Below, one piece after another: positions 1 through 8,389 of a DNA stretch of 32,511 nt. A model generated the notes under the pieces. The model was given only the letters and a program-made list of their open reading frames with translations. It was not told where the DNA came from and searched no databases. A program made the translations under genes and the position numbers. Position 1 is the stretch's first letter; each line of letters opens with the position of its first letter. The stretch is from positions 1 through 32,511 of the IMG/VR virus record IMGVR_UViG_3300011442_000020. One strand, written 5' to 3'. This DNA comes from a virus. Lineage: Duplodnaviria > Caudoviricetes.

Positions 1-504
1 GTCGACAAAACCAACCGTTTTGGGAAACCGGGCCGGACCCCGGCCGGGACAGCTCGAGCGGCGACCGAGGCGCTGCGCCAGGCCGCCGCGGGCTGGCCGG
101 AACCTCCCGCGACCCTTCGGGCAAGCGAGCGACGGTTTTGGGATGCGGTCATGATCGCCCGTCTCCCGAATCAATGGGCACACGTCGACCTCTTACTGGC
201 GGTCAACCTCGCGCGATCCCTGGCTGACATAGACCTGCACCGCAAGGCGCTGCGGCGCGAGGGCGACATGCTCGAAACGCCGACCGGGCTGCGCGTCAAT
301 CCGCGGCACGCGCTCGTCGAAATGCTCAACCGGCGGGCGCTCTCGATCACGCGGCTTCTGGCGCTGCATGCCGTGGCGACGATCGGGCAGAAGCACGAGC
401 AGAAGGGCACGAAGGGCGAGGCCGAGAACGCAGCCGCCGCGCTCGTCGGCGCCAAGGGCCGGCCCGACGTCGACGCGCTGCTCGCGCGGCCGCGGATGCA
501 GTGA
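1..504 (+). CDS. terS: Terminase small subunit, 5'-truncated by the window edge
   Basis: Frame +1 is open from base 1 (...WPEPPATLRASERRFWDAVMIAR...W...DLLLAVNLAR...GLRVNPRH). The PP-L-FW and 'NP' motifs are typical of P27-like TerS. Its stop overlaps the terL start (GTGA). Confidence 0.8.
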   Translation, partial: VDKTNRFGKPGRTPAGTARAATEALRQAAAGWPEPPATLRASERRFWDAVMIARLPNQWAHVDLLLAVNLARSLADIDLHRKALRREGDMLETPTGLRVNPRHALVEMLNRRALSITRLLALHAVATIGQKHEQKGTKGEAENAAAALVGAKGRPDVDALLARPRMQ

Positions 505-2057
505 GCGCAGCCCCGAAGCTCGTCGCCGCGATGACGCGCGGCGAGCGGGTCTGCGCCTTCATCGAGAACTACTGCACCGTGCCCGAGGGCGACCTGGTCG
601 GCAAGCTGATGCACCTCGAGCCGTTTCAGCGCGCATGGATCCTCGCGGTCTACGACAACCCGCACGGCACCCGGCTCGCGATCCTGTCGGTCGGCAAGAA
701 AAACGGCAAGACGCCGTTGATAGCAGCGATTGTGCTGGCGCATCTCGCCGGGCCCGAGGCGCGGACCAATTCGCAAATCGTCAGCGGCGCGATGAGCCAG
801 CAGCAGGCGTCCACCGTTTTCAAGTACGCCTGGAAAATGGTGCAGCAGTCGCCGAAGCTGCAGGCGCTCGTGCGCGTGCGGCCGAGCCTGAAGACGCTGC
901 AGGGGCTCGCGGCCAACGTCGAATACCGGGCGATCAGCCGGCAGAAGAAAACCGCGCACGGCATCGCGCCCGTGCTCGCGATCCTCGACGAACTCGGCCA
1001 GGTGCGCGGCGGCCAGGATGATTTCGTGGAAGCGATCGAGACCGCGCTCGGCGCCTACGAGGGTTCGATGCTGGTCGTCATCTCGACGCAGGCCGCGAGC
1101 GACCGCGACCTGCTATCGACGTGGATCGACGATCACGCGCGCAACCAGTCGCCGACGACGGTCTGCCACGTCCACTCGGCGCAGTCGATCGACTGCGATG
1201 TCATGGACGTGGCCGCGTGGCGCGAGGCCAACCCGGCACTCGGCATCTTCCGAAGCATGAAAGACATGACGTCGCTCGCCGAGAAGGCGAGCCGGATGCC
1301 GAGCTTCGAGGGGTCGTTCCGAAACCTGAACCTGAACCAACGCGTCGCGCAGGAGAAGCTCGCCTTCGCGCCGACGGTATGGCGCAACGGATCCGACGAC
1401 GTCGACCGGCGCATCTTCACCGACGGCCGGCCGGTTCACCTGGGCGTCGACCTGGCGCAGCGCACCGACCTTTGCGCGGTCGTCGCGGCGGCCTGCGACG
1501 ACGCCGGCAATGTGCAGCTCCTACCCTTCTGCTATACGCCGCTGACGGGGCTCGAGGAACGAACCCAGCGCGACCGGGCGCCGTACGACGTTTGGGTAAG
1601 GCAGGAGTATCTGCGCGCCGTGCCCGGCTCGTGCGTCGATTACGACTGGCTGTGTACTGACCTTGGGCTCGAGCTCGAAGGGATGAACATCGCCAGCCTT
1701 CAATTCGACCGCTGGCGGATCGATGTCCTGCGAGCTGCCGCGCAGCGCACCGGGTTCTTTGCGATGGTGCCGCTATGGGTCGACGTCGGCCAGGGCTATC
1801 GCGACTTTTCGCCGCGCCTCGAGGCGTTCGAATCGGCGCTGCTGGGCTGGCGCGTCCGGCACGGCGGTCACCCGCTGCTGACGATGGGCGCGGCCAATGC
1901 GATCGCGGCGACGGACCCGACGGGCGCGCGCAAGCTCGACAAGAGCATGAGCACGCAGCGGATCGACCCGCTCGTTGCGGCCATCATGGCGGCCTTTCCG
2001 GCGCTGCCCGAGGGCCGGATCGTGCAGGAGATCGACGTTTCGGCAATGGTCGGGTGA
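501..2057 (+). CDS. terL: Terminase large subunit (Terminase_1, HK97-like)
   Basis: Motifs: LEPFQ adenine-binding, Walker A GKKNGKT, Walker B ILDELG, coupling motif ISTQA, ANPALG, nuclease GVDLA...D, FDRW and RIDPLVA. Confidence 0.97.
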   Translation: MSAAPKLVAAMTRGERVCAFIENYCTVPEGDLVGKLMHLEPFQRAWILAVYDNPHGTRLAILSVGKKNGKTPLIAAIVLAHLAGPEARTNSQIVSGAMSQQQASTVFKYAWKMVQQSPKLQALVRVRPSLKTLQGLAANVEYRAISRQKKTAHGIAPVLAILDELGQVRGGQDDFVEAIETALGAYEGSMLVVISTQAASDRDLLSTWIDDHARNQSPTTVCHVHSAQSIDCDVMDVAAWREANPALGIFRSMKDMTSLAEKASRMPSFEGSFRNLNLNQRVAQEKLAFAPTVWRNGSDDVDRRIFTDGRPVHLGVDLAQRTDLCAVVAAACDDAGNVQLLPFCYTPLTGLEERTQRDRAPYDVWVRQEYLRAVPGSCVDYDWLCTDLGLELEGMNIASLQFDRWRIDVLRAAAQRTGFFAMVPLWVDVGQGYRDFSPRLEAFESALLGWRVRHGGHPLLTMGAANAIAATDPTGARKLDKSMSTQRIDPLVAAIMAAFPALPEGRIVQEIDVSAMVG

Positions 2058-2058
2058 C

Positions 2059-2373
2059 ATGCCCTGCGATCCGTTCTACAGCCTGCCTGCCTGGCGCACG
2101 ATCCGCCGGCAGGTGCTCAAACGCGACCGGTACGCCTGCGTAATGTGCCGCGCCGACGTGCGCAAGCTCGGCGCCTCGCGCGTCGATCACATCCTGTCGC
2201 GGCGCAAGTTCCCGGCGCTCGCGCTGACGCTGGGCAACCTGCGGACGCTTTGCGCGGCCTGCGACAACCGACAGCAGCTCGAGCGCGACGAGCGCCGCGA
2301 CGCGCCGCGGTTCGAAAGGGTCGACGCTTCGGGGATGACGGCGGCTTGGCGGAAGGAAGGCGATGCCCATTGA
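2059..2373 (+). CDS. HNH endonuclease (HK97 gp74-like terminase accessory)
   Basis: Starts at ATG 2059. FY...W...R..VLKRD.Y.CVMC...VDHI.......P.LAL..GNLRTLCAACDN is the phage HNH pattern. Confidence 0.9.
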   Translation: MPCDPFYSLPAWRTIRRQVLKRDRYACVMCRADVRKLGASRVDHILSRRKFPALALTLGNLRTLCAACDNRQQLERDERRDAPRFERVDASGMTAAWRKEGDAH

Positions 2374-2399
2374 CACCTAAAGAGACGCAATCCTATGAT
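2370..2399 (+). promoter_or_regulatory. Sigma70-type promoter upstream of the head genes
   Basis: TTGACA (2370-2375), 18 nt spacer, TATGAT (2394-2399), in a locally AT-rich patch. Confidence 0.7.
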
Positions 2400-2407
2400 T
2401 GGCGAGC

Positions 2408-2530
2408 ATGACGACCCGCACCCGCCCGCCTCCGGGCGTGCGCAGGTCGCTCCCGCAGCCCGAGCAACGGCCCACCGGCTCGGCACCGCAGAAGGCTCCT
2501 CCGCCTTCACCGGGTGCCAAGCCGTGGTAG
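2408..2530 (+). CDS. Possible 40-aa Pro-rich leader ORF (MTTRTRPPPGVRRSLPQPEQRPTGSAPQKAPPPSPGAKPW)
   Basis: The ATG lies 8 nt after the -10 box. The TAG overlaps the GTG at 2524 of the protease-capsid frame. Confidence 0.35.
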   Translation: MTTRTRPPPGVRRSLPQPEQRPTGSAPQKAPPPSPGAKPW

Positions 2531-4650
2531 CGCCTGACGCCCCGGAGCTGATCCGCGTAGCAAAGCGCGGCGGCGTTCCTGCCATCGCACCGGCGGCCGC
2601 GCCTGGCGTCACCGCCGACCAGATCCGCTTTCGCGTCAGCTCCGAGGACGAGGACTCATTCGGCGACGTCGTCGTGCAGGAGGGGCTCGATTTCCCGACC
2701 CCGCTGCCAGCCGTCGCCGATCACTCGCACGCGATCGACGCCGCCGTCGGCGACTGGCGCGACGTCGAGCGCCGCGGGCCGGAGACCTTCGCGACCCTGC
2801 GGCTGCTACCGAAAGGCGTCTCGCGGGTCGCAGATCTCGTGCGCGCTCTCCACGCGGGCGGGTATCCAATCGCGTCGAGCGTCTATTTCGACATTGCCCG
2901 CAACGACATCCGGCCAATCCTCAAGGCCGGCACCGACGGGCGCCTGGTCGAGACCGGAAAGCGCTACATGCGTGGCCGGGTCCGGGAAATCACCCTCACT
3001 CAATTCCCGGCGAACCCGGCGGCCGTGGCCGTCGCGCGCTCGCTGGGGTTCAACGATGCCGAGCTGGCCGCGCTGTCGCGCACCGTGCCCGCTCCGGCGT
3101 CAGTCTCTCGCGCCTCCCTGGCTGTTGCCGGCGCGCCTGCCTCAAAAGGCCGAACCATGACAACCCTCTCCGAGCTCCTCACCGCGGCACAGGCCGCCAA
3201 CGACGTCGCGCAGGCGACATACGAGCGTGCGCGCCAGGCAATGGAGGCCGACGCCAGCGAGGCCAACATCGAGGCCGTCGCCCGCTCGGCGACCGATGCT
3301 TCGGCGCTGCTCTCGCGCCTGGCCGGCCTGCAGGCGGCCGAATCCCTGGCAGCTCGCCGGGCAGCCGGCACGCCGGCGCCCGCCGCAGCTGCGCCGACCC
3401 CTGTCTCGCGCTCCGTCGTCGACCTGGGCGCGGCTCAGACGGTTGCCCGGGCCGGCGCTCCGGCGCTGATCCGCGGCGGTCTCAAGTCGACGCAGGACCT
3501 CGCGCCCGGCACGCGCCTCGCCAGGATGGCGATCGCCTGCAGCCTGGCGAAGGAACATCGGCGCGGCGTCGACGACGTGGCGCTCGAGCTCTACCCGAAC
3601 GACCCGGAGATGCTGGCGATCGCCCGCACGGCAGTCGGCGTCGCCGACACGTCGACAAGCGGCTGGGCGTCGGAGCTGGTGCGCTCGGAAACCCGGCAGA
3701 TGCTCGACGAGACCCTCAAGGTCACCTCCGTCTGGGCGGCTCTTGCCTCGCTCGGCACGTCGCTGAACTTCGGCGGCGCCATGTCGACGCTCATCCCGCA
3801 GATGAACGTCGGCACGACGGTCGGCGGCGCCTGGGTCGGCGAGGGCGGTGTCATCCCGCTCGCGCGCACGACGATCAGCTCGAAACGGCTCTACGCCTAC
3901 AAGCTGGCCGGCATCGTTCCGATCACCAAGGAACTGCAGCGCGCGAGCGACCCGTCGGCGGTCGAGGCGATGCGCAAGCTGATCGCGCAGTTCCTCTCGA
4001 ACCTGCTCGACTCGAGCATGATGGACACGAGCGCCGAGGTCACCGGCGTCCGACCGGCCGGGCTCCTGAACAGCGTGACGCCGATCGCCGGCACCGCTGG
4101 CGGCGGTTACAACGCGCTGCAGAAAGACCTGCAGGCCGTCGTCGACGCCTTCATCACCGCCGGCGTGGGCACGAAGCCCGTCCTTCTCGTCAACGCCGGA
4201 AAGGCCTTCAGCCTCCGGACGATGCAGAACGCGCTCGGCCAGTTCGTCTTTCCGGACGGGTCGAATTCGGTCCTGTCGATTCCTGTCATCGCCTCGCAGT
4301 TCGTCACCGCCGGCACGGCCGTCGTCGTCGACGCCGACAAGTTCGCGAGCGCGATCGACAACATGGAATTCGACCTTTCCGAGCAGGCGACGCTCACCAT
4401 GTCGAACGCCGACGGCGTCGCACCGACGCAAGCCGGCGCCACCGCTCTCGGCGGTGCGCTCGGCACGGCGAATCAGGTCGTGCGCGATGGCGGCATCCCG
4501 ATCGCCGGCGCGACCGGTGCCTCGACGACCGGCTACACGGCAATCAGCCTGTGGCAGACGTGGAGCCTGGGCATCCGGCTCGTCGTCCCGGCCTCGTTCG
4601 GCATCACCCGCACCGGCGCCGTGCAGGCGCTTTCGGCGATCACCTGGTAA
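2524..4650 (+). CDS. Fused prohead protease (HK97-type) and major capsid protein; start uncertain (GTG 2524 preferred, ORF open from 2395)
   Basis: N-terminal protease motifs: SSEDEDSFGDVV, DH, SVYF, EITLTQFPANPAA. An Ala-rich delta/scaffold region follows, then HK97-fold motifs AWVGEGGVIP, KLAGIVPITKEL, RPAGLLN and SLWQT. The ATG at 2395 sits inside the -10 box. Confidence 0.92.
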   Translation: MVAPDAPELIRVAKRGGVPAIAPAAAPGVTADQIRFRVSSEDEDSFGDVVVQEGLDFPTPLPAVADHSHAIDAAVGDWRDVERRGPETFATLRLLPKGVSRVADLVRALHAGGYPIASSVYFDIARNDIRPILKAGTDGRLVETGKRYMRGRVREITLTQFPANPAAVAVARSLGFNDAELAALSRTVPAPASVSRASLAVAGAPASKGRTMTTLSELLTAAQAANDVAQATYERARQAMEADASEANIEAVARSATDASALLSRLAGLQAAESLAARRAAGTPAPAAAAPTPVSRSVVDLGAAQTVARAGAPALIRGGLKSTQDLAPGTRLARMAIACSLAKEHRRGVDDVALELYPNDPEMLAIARTAVGVADTSTSGWASELVRSETRQMLDETLKVTSVWAALASLGTSLNFGGAMSTLIPQMNVGTTVGGAWVGEGGVIPLARTTISSKRLYAYKLAGIVPITKELQRASDPSAVEAMRKLIAQFLSNLLDSSMMDTSAEVTGVRPAGLLNSVTPIAGTAGGGYNALQKDLQAVVDAFITAGVGTKPVLLVNAGKAFSLRTMQNALGQFVFPDGSNSVLSIPVIASQFVTAGTAVVVDADKFASAIDNMEFDLSEQATLTMSNADGVAPTQAGATALGGALGTANQVVRDGGIPIAGATGASTTGYTAISLWQTWSLGIRLVVPASFGITRTGAVQALSAITW

Positions 4651-4658
4651 GCCATCTC

Positions 4659-4687
4659 GCCCGGGTCTGATCGGCCCGGGCACTTTT
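4659..4687 (+). terminator. Intrinsic terminator after the capsid gene
   Basis: GCCCGGGTC-TGATC-GGCCCGGGC hairpin followed by ACTTTT. Confidence 0.65.
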
Positions 4688-4706
4688 GCCCGCAGGAGAA
4701 ACGAAT

Positions 4707-5198
4707 ATGCAAGTCTCAATCGCTCCGTTCTACGCGCTCATCGTCCCGACCGAAGCGCCGCAGCCACCGCAGCCAGGCCAGCCTCCCGGCATTTGGGGGC
4801 CGACCGACCCGCGGCCGACGCTGCCGATTGCCGGCTGGAATCCCGCTACGGGCACCTGGCCGCTGCCAGGCCAGCCTCCGCTCGGTATTTGGGGGCCGGG
4901 CGACGGGCGGCCGACGAATCCGATTGCTGGCTGGAATCCCGGCACCGGCACCTTTCCGCCAGGTGGTGGCGGTGGTGGCACACCCGAGCACCCCATCGTG
5001 CTGCCGCCCGACACACCGACCCCGCCGCCTGGCAGTGGCGTGGTGGTCCCCCTGCCGCCGCCGACCGATGGCACGCCGGCGCCGACGCCGCCCGAAGGGA
5101 TCCCGGCCGACTCGGCGGCAATGGTCGTCTGGTTCGGGCCCGGGACGCTGCCGGTGCCGGTCTGGGTGCCGCCCTACGCCGCCCAGAACACGCCGTGA
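4707..5198 (+). CDS. Pro/Gly-rich repeat protein of unknown function
   Basis: Strong AGGAG RBS before ATG 4707. Contains two ~31-aa repeats, PGQPP(L)GIWGP.D.RPT.PIAGWNP.TGT(W/F)P. Confidence 0.8.
   Translation: MQVSIAPFYALIVPTEAPQPPQPGQPPGIWGPTDPRPTLPIAGWNPATGTWPLPGQPPLGIWGPGDGRPTNPIAGWNPGTGTFPPGGGGGGTPEHPIVLPPDTPTPPPGSGVVVPLPPPTDGTPAPTPPEGIPADSAAMVVWFGPGTLPVPVWVPPYAAQNTP
4773..4958 (+). repeat. Two imperfect ~93-nt tandem coding repeats
   Basis: Units start CCAGGCCAGCCTCC at 4773 and 4866. Both contain ATTTGGGGGCCG and GGCTGGAATCCCG. Confidence 0.9.
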
Positions 5199-5347
5199 AC
5201 TGGCTCGCGTTCGTCCTGCTGGCGTTCGCCCTGCTGCTGTTCGTCTTGAACGCGTTCGGCGTCGTTCACGAGAAGGTGCAGCTGCTGCCGCTCGGTCTGG
5301 CGTTCGCAGTGGTGGCGTTCATGGTCGTGCGGGGCCTGCCGCCCTGA
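5195..5347 (+). CDS. 50-aa membrane protein with two predicted TM helices (holin-like topology)
   Basis: GTGA overlap with the upstream stop. Sequence: NWLAFVLLAFALLLFVLNAFGVV-HEK-VQLLPLGLAFAVVAFMVV. Confidence 0.75.
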   Translation: MNWLAFVLLAFALLLFVLNAFGVVHEKVQLLPLGLAFAVVAFMVVRGLPP

Positions 5348-5352
5348 TCCGA

Positions 5353-5379
5353 GCCCGGCCGCCATCGCCGGGCATTTTT
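5353..5379 (+). terminator. Intrinsic terminator
   Basis: GCCCGGC-CGCCATC-GCCGGGC followed by ATTTTT. Confidence 0.7.
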
Positions 5380-5394
5380 CCGAAAGGGGTCGCA

Positions 5395-5637
5395 ATGTCG
5401 GCGGTCTACATCTCGAGCCCCGAAGTCGCGGCGGCCTATCACGTTGCGCCGGGCGAATGGGCAACGGTCAACGACGAGGCCGAGGCGGCGTGGCTGCTGC
5501 TGTACCGTCACGGGTGGAGCGCGAACGCGGTCGATCCGCTGCCCGCGCCGGGCTTCGTGCATCCCCTGGCGCCGGCGTTCTCGCCGTATCGGCCTGGCGG
5601 CCCGGTCGCGCCGCCCAAGGCAAAAGGGAAGGCATGA
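5395..5637 (+). CDS. Hypothetical protein (80 aa)
   Basis: AAGGGG RBS before ATG 5395; stop overlaps the next start (ATGA). Confidence 0.7.
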   Translation: MSAVYISSPEVAAAYHVAPGEWATVNDEAEAAWLLLYRHGWSANAVDPLPAPGFVHPLAPAFSPYRPGGPVAPPKAKGKA

Positions 5638-5903
5638 GAGCGGCCGCGGTTGTGCTGGTCTACGCTTTCGACCCGATCGACGAGCTGGGCGGCGTCACCG
5701 GCGTGCAGCCTGTTCCCGACGAGCTCGCCGGCCGTCTCATCGCCGAATTCCGGGCCGAGCTGATCGAGTCGCACCTGAACGACTCGCAGCGGTTCGTCGC
5801 CGGTAGTCCGCAGCACGAGGCGGCGCGGCTCGCGCTACGCGCCAGGCGCGGCGAGGTCGGCGTGCGCAAGGTGCAGCGCGCGCCCAAGCTCGAGCGGGCC
5901 TGA
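5634..5903 (+). CDS. Hypothetical protein (89 aa)
   Basis: ATGA coupling upstream; ends 1 nt before the portal start. Confidence 0.7.
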   Translation: MRAAAVVLVYAFDPIDELGGVTGVQPVPDELAGRLIAEFRAELIESHLNDSQRFVAGSPQHEAARLALRARRGEVGVRKVQRAPKLERA

Positions 5904-5904
5904 A

Positions 5905-7368
5905 GTGGGCGCGCTCTCGGTCGCCCGTTCCTGGCTCGGCGGCCTCGGGTTCGGCATGGTCGGCAACGTGCAGCCGGCCATGGGGCCGCTGTTCACGCAA
6001 TGGGGCTATGACATGACCGCGGGCAGCAGCCTGCACGCTTTCGACCCGCTCGACGGCACCGGCTGGCAGCGCAACCTCGCCAAGGTCGGCACCGGCAGCC
6101 TGCCGGTGATCGAGGCCGTCTATACGCTCTATGCGAACGCCTTCGCGCAGCTGCGTCCGCATCACCGCCGGATCGACCTCGAGACCGGCGCTGTGACCGA
6201 GGTCACCGCATCGCCGGCGGCGCGCCTGCTGGTGCAGCCGAATGCGTATGAGAGCGGCGCGACCCTGCTCTCGCGCCTGGCGTGCGACTGGCTCGGCGGC
6301 GAGGCGCTCGTCGTGGCGATGATCAACGGCAAGAACGAGCCCGAGTCGCTGCACCTGGTTCCCCGTGGAACATGGACGCCGCGGGTCGACCCGCAGACGC
6401 GCGAGATCTTCTACTTCGCGAGCAACGACCCCGACCTGCTGTTTTCGCCGGCGGCCTCGGCCGATGACGTCAACGCTGGGCGCCTGTTCGTCGTCCCGTC
6501 GCGAAACGTTCTGCATTTGCGCTGGCGCACGCCGCGGCATCCCCTCTGCGGAGAGTCGCCGTTTGCCGCTGCCGGCCTGGCCGCCGGCGTCAATGTCGCG
6601 CTATCGCGGACGCAGCTCCTGTTCGTCGAGAACATGCGCCGGATCTCGACGGTGCTCTCGACCGAACAGGTCCTGAACAAGCAGCAGATGACCGAGCTTC
6701 GGGAGGCATTCGATCTGCAGTCGGCGAAGTGGGCGACCGGCGGCTTGCCCATCCTCTCGGGCGGGCTGAAGATGAGCAGCGCCAACCTGGCGGCGATCGA
6801 CGAGTCGGTGATCGCGTCGCTCCGGTTCTCGAACGAAGAAGTCGCCCGCTGCGCCGGCGTGCCGCCGCCCATGTATGGCGACCTGACGTCGGGCGCCATC
6901 ATCAGCAGCGAGACCCTCGTCCGTCACTGGCTATCGGTCTCGCTCGGCGGCCTGATCGAGCGCCTCGAGCGCGAGCTCGACCGGCTGTTTCGCATGGATG
7001 GCCGGAGCAACCTGGTCGAGATGTCGACCGAGGCGCTGCTGCGCTCCGACCTGGCGGCGCAGGCCGAGGCGCTTTCCAAGCTCGTCCAGGGCGGCGTCTA
7101 CATGCCCGACGAGGCGCGGGCGACGCTCGGCAAGGGGCCGGCCGAGGGCGGCGGCGTTCTGTTCGTGCAGCGGCAAATGGTCCCGGTCACCCTGGCCGCC
7201 GACCTGGCCGACGCCGAGCTTGAGAAACTGACCGCACCACCGCCGCCGCCGCCGCCCATGGCGCCGCCGGCCGCACCGACGCCGCCGCCGGAGGACCCGA
7301 ACGCGGCCGACGTCGCCCGCAGTCTGTGGCAGCGGGCGCTCGAATCCTCGAAAGGGGTCCGCCAATGA
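5905..7368 (+). CDS. Portal protein (HK97 family)
   Basis: Motifs: LLVQPNAYES, VLHLR, PLCGESP, ILSGGLK, EVARCAGVPP and GVYMPDEAR...GG. Ends in a Pro-rich tail. Confidence 0.93.
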   Translation: MGALSVARSWLGGLGFGMVGNVQPAMGPLFTQWGYDMTAGSSLHAFDPLDGTGWQRNLAKVGTGSLPVIEAVYTLYANAFAQLRPHHRRIDLETGAVTEVTASPAARLLVQPNAYESGATLLSRLACDWLGGEALVVAMINGKNEPESLHLVPRGTWTPRVDPQTREIFYFASNDPDLLFSPAASADDVNAGRLFVVPSRNVLHLRWRTPRHPLCGESPFAAAGLAAGVNVALSRTQLLFVENMRRISTVLSTEQVLNKQQMTELREAFDLQSAKWATGGLPILSGGLKMSSANLAAIDESVIASLRFSNEEVARCAGVPPPMYGDLTSGAIISSETLVRHWLSVSLGGLIERLERELDRLFRMDGRSNLVEMSTEALLRSDLAAQAEALSKLVQGGVYMPDEARATLGKGPAEGGGVLFVQRQMVPVTLAADLADAELEKLTAPPPPPPPMAPPAAPTPPPEDPNAADVARSLWQRALESSKGVRQ

Positions 7369-8174
7369 CCGACCAGGAACGCGCCGGCATGGCGGCGGCG
7401 ATAAACGACGCGATCCGCCAAGGGTGCGCCGAAGTTCGCGCCGAGCTGGAATCGGTGCGGCGCAGCGGTGACGAACGGATCGAGGCGCTGACGCAGGAGA
7501 ACGCCCAGATTCGCCGCGACCTCGAGGCGGCCCGGACGCTCGCCGCCGAGCCGGTGCTGCGCGAGGCGCTGATCGACGCCGCCGGCGTGCTGCGCCTGGT
7601 GCAGCGAAACGGCGCGACGCTCTCTGCTCCGATCGTCGACCTGACCGGCGTCATTGCCGCGGCCGTCGCCCGCGGCGTGGCAGAGGCTGCCGACGGAATG
7701 CGGGCCGAATTGCGCGCCGAAATCGCTCGGGGGATGCAAAGGGCCGGCAATGCGCCGCGGTGGTCCAAAACAGCCCTTTACAGCCCCGGGGCGATCGTTT
7801 CCTGGCATATCGGCCGGGTGTACGAGCTGCGCGCCGGCGTGGCCGGCTCGATGAGCCAGGACCCCAGCGAGCATCCCGACGTCTGGGAGCGGGTCGGATC
7901 CGCCGGGTTCCGGGTCATGAAATCCAAGCCCGACGCGCACGAGCCCGGCGACCTGTTCACCGACGCCGATTCGAAGTTCATCAGCGATGGCGAGAACGTC
8001 ACGCTACTTGTTGCGCGCCCGGTCAAGCAAAGCGAGATCGAGCGCCAGCACAAGGCGCTGCAGGCCGGGCAGGCGGCGAACGAGCGCGAAGTCGCCGCGC
8101 TGCGCGCCCAGGTCCGACCCCTGGTCGAGCGGACCGAGGCGCTCGAGGTGATCGTGCACGAGGCGATCGCATGA
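7365..8174 (+). CDS. Portal-adjacent coiled-coil protein with a small aromatic module resembling CBM5/12
   Basis: ATGA coupling to the portal gene. Helical heptad regions flank W....LY..G.IV....GRVY......P......W. Confidence 0.75.
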   Translation: MTDQERAGMAAAINDAIRQGCAEVRAELESVRRSGDERIEALTQENAQIRRDLEAARTLAAEPVLREALIDAAGVLRLVQRNGATLSAPIVDLTGVIAAAVARGVAEAADGMRAELRAEIARGMQRAGNAPRWSKTALYSPGAIVSWHIGRVYELRAGVAGSMSQDPSEHPDVWERVGSAGFRVMKSKPDAHEPGDLFTDADSKFISDGENVTLLVARPVKQSEIERQHKALQAGQAANEREVAALRAQVRPLVERTEALEVIVHEAIA

Positions 8175-8389
8175 CCCCGACCACGCGCCTCGTCCTGCTC
8201 GTGTTCGTCGTCGCGCTCGTGCTGGTCGCATGCGTCATCGTCTACGCCGGCGATCAGCGGATGCTGCAGCCGCAGTGCATCGCCAATTGCGACGCGACGG
8301 CGGCGCGACTCGAAGGGTCGGCGAGCGGCACGATCACGCAGTCGGACGAGAGCCAGGGCCACGCCTCGAAGCGGGAGGGGAAGAAGTGA
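8171..8389 (+). CDS. Small single-TM or signal-anchored protein (72 aa)
   Basis: Coupled at both ends (ATGA, GTGA). Hydrophobic LVLLVFVVALVLVACVIVYAG followed by CxxxC. Confidence 0.7.
   Translation: MTPTTRLVLLVFVVALVLVACVIVYAGDQRMLQPQCIANCDATAARLEGSASGTITQSDESQGHASKREGKK

Noticed and set aside
2395-2523. ORF-track start of the protease-capsid at 2395, and similar upstream extensions (1975, 12876, 17170, 30634, 22854, 26565, 27242, 28601)
   Set aside because: They overlap promoters or upstream genes; downstream starts with RBS or stop-start coupling fit better.
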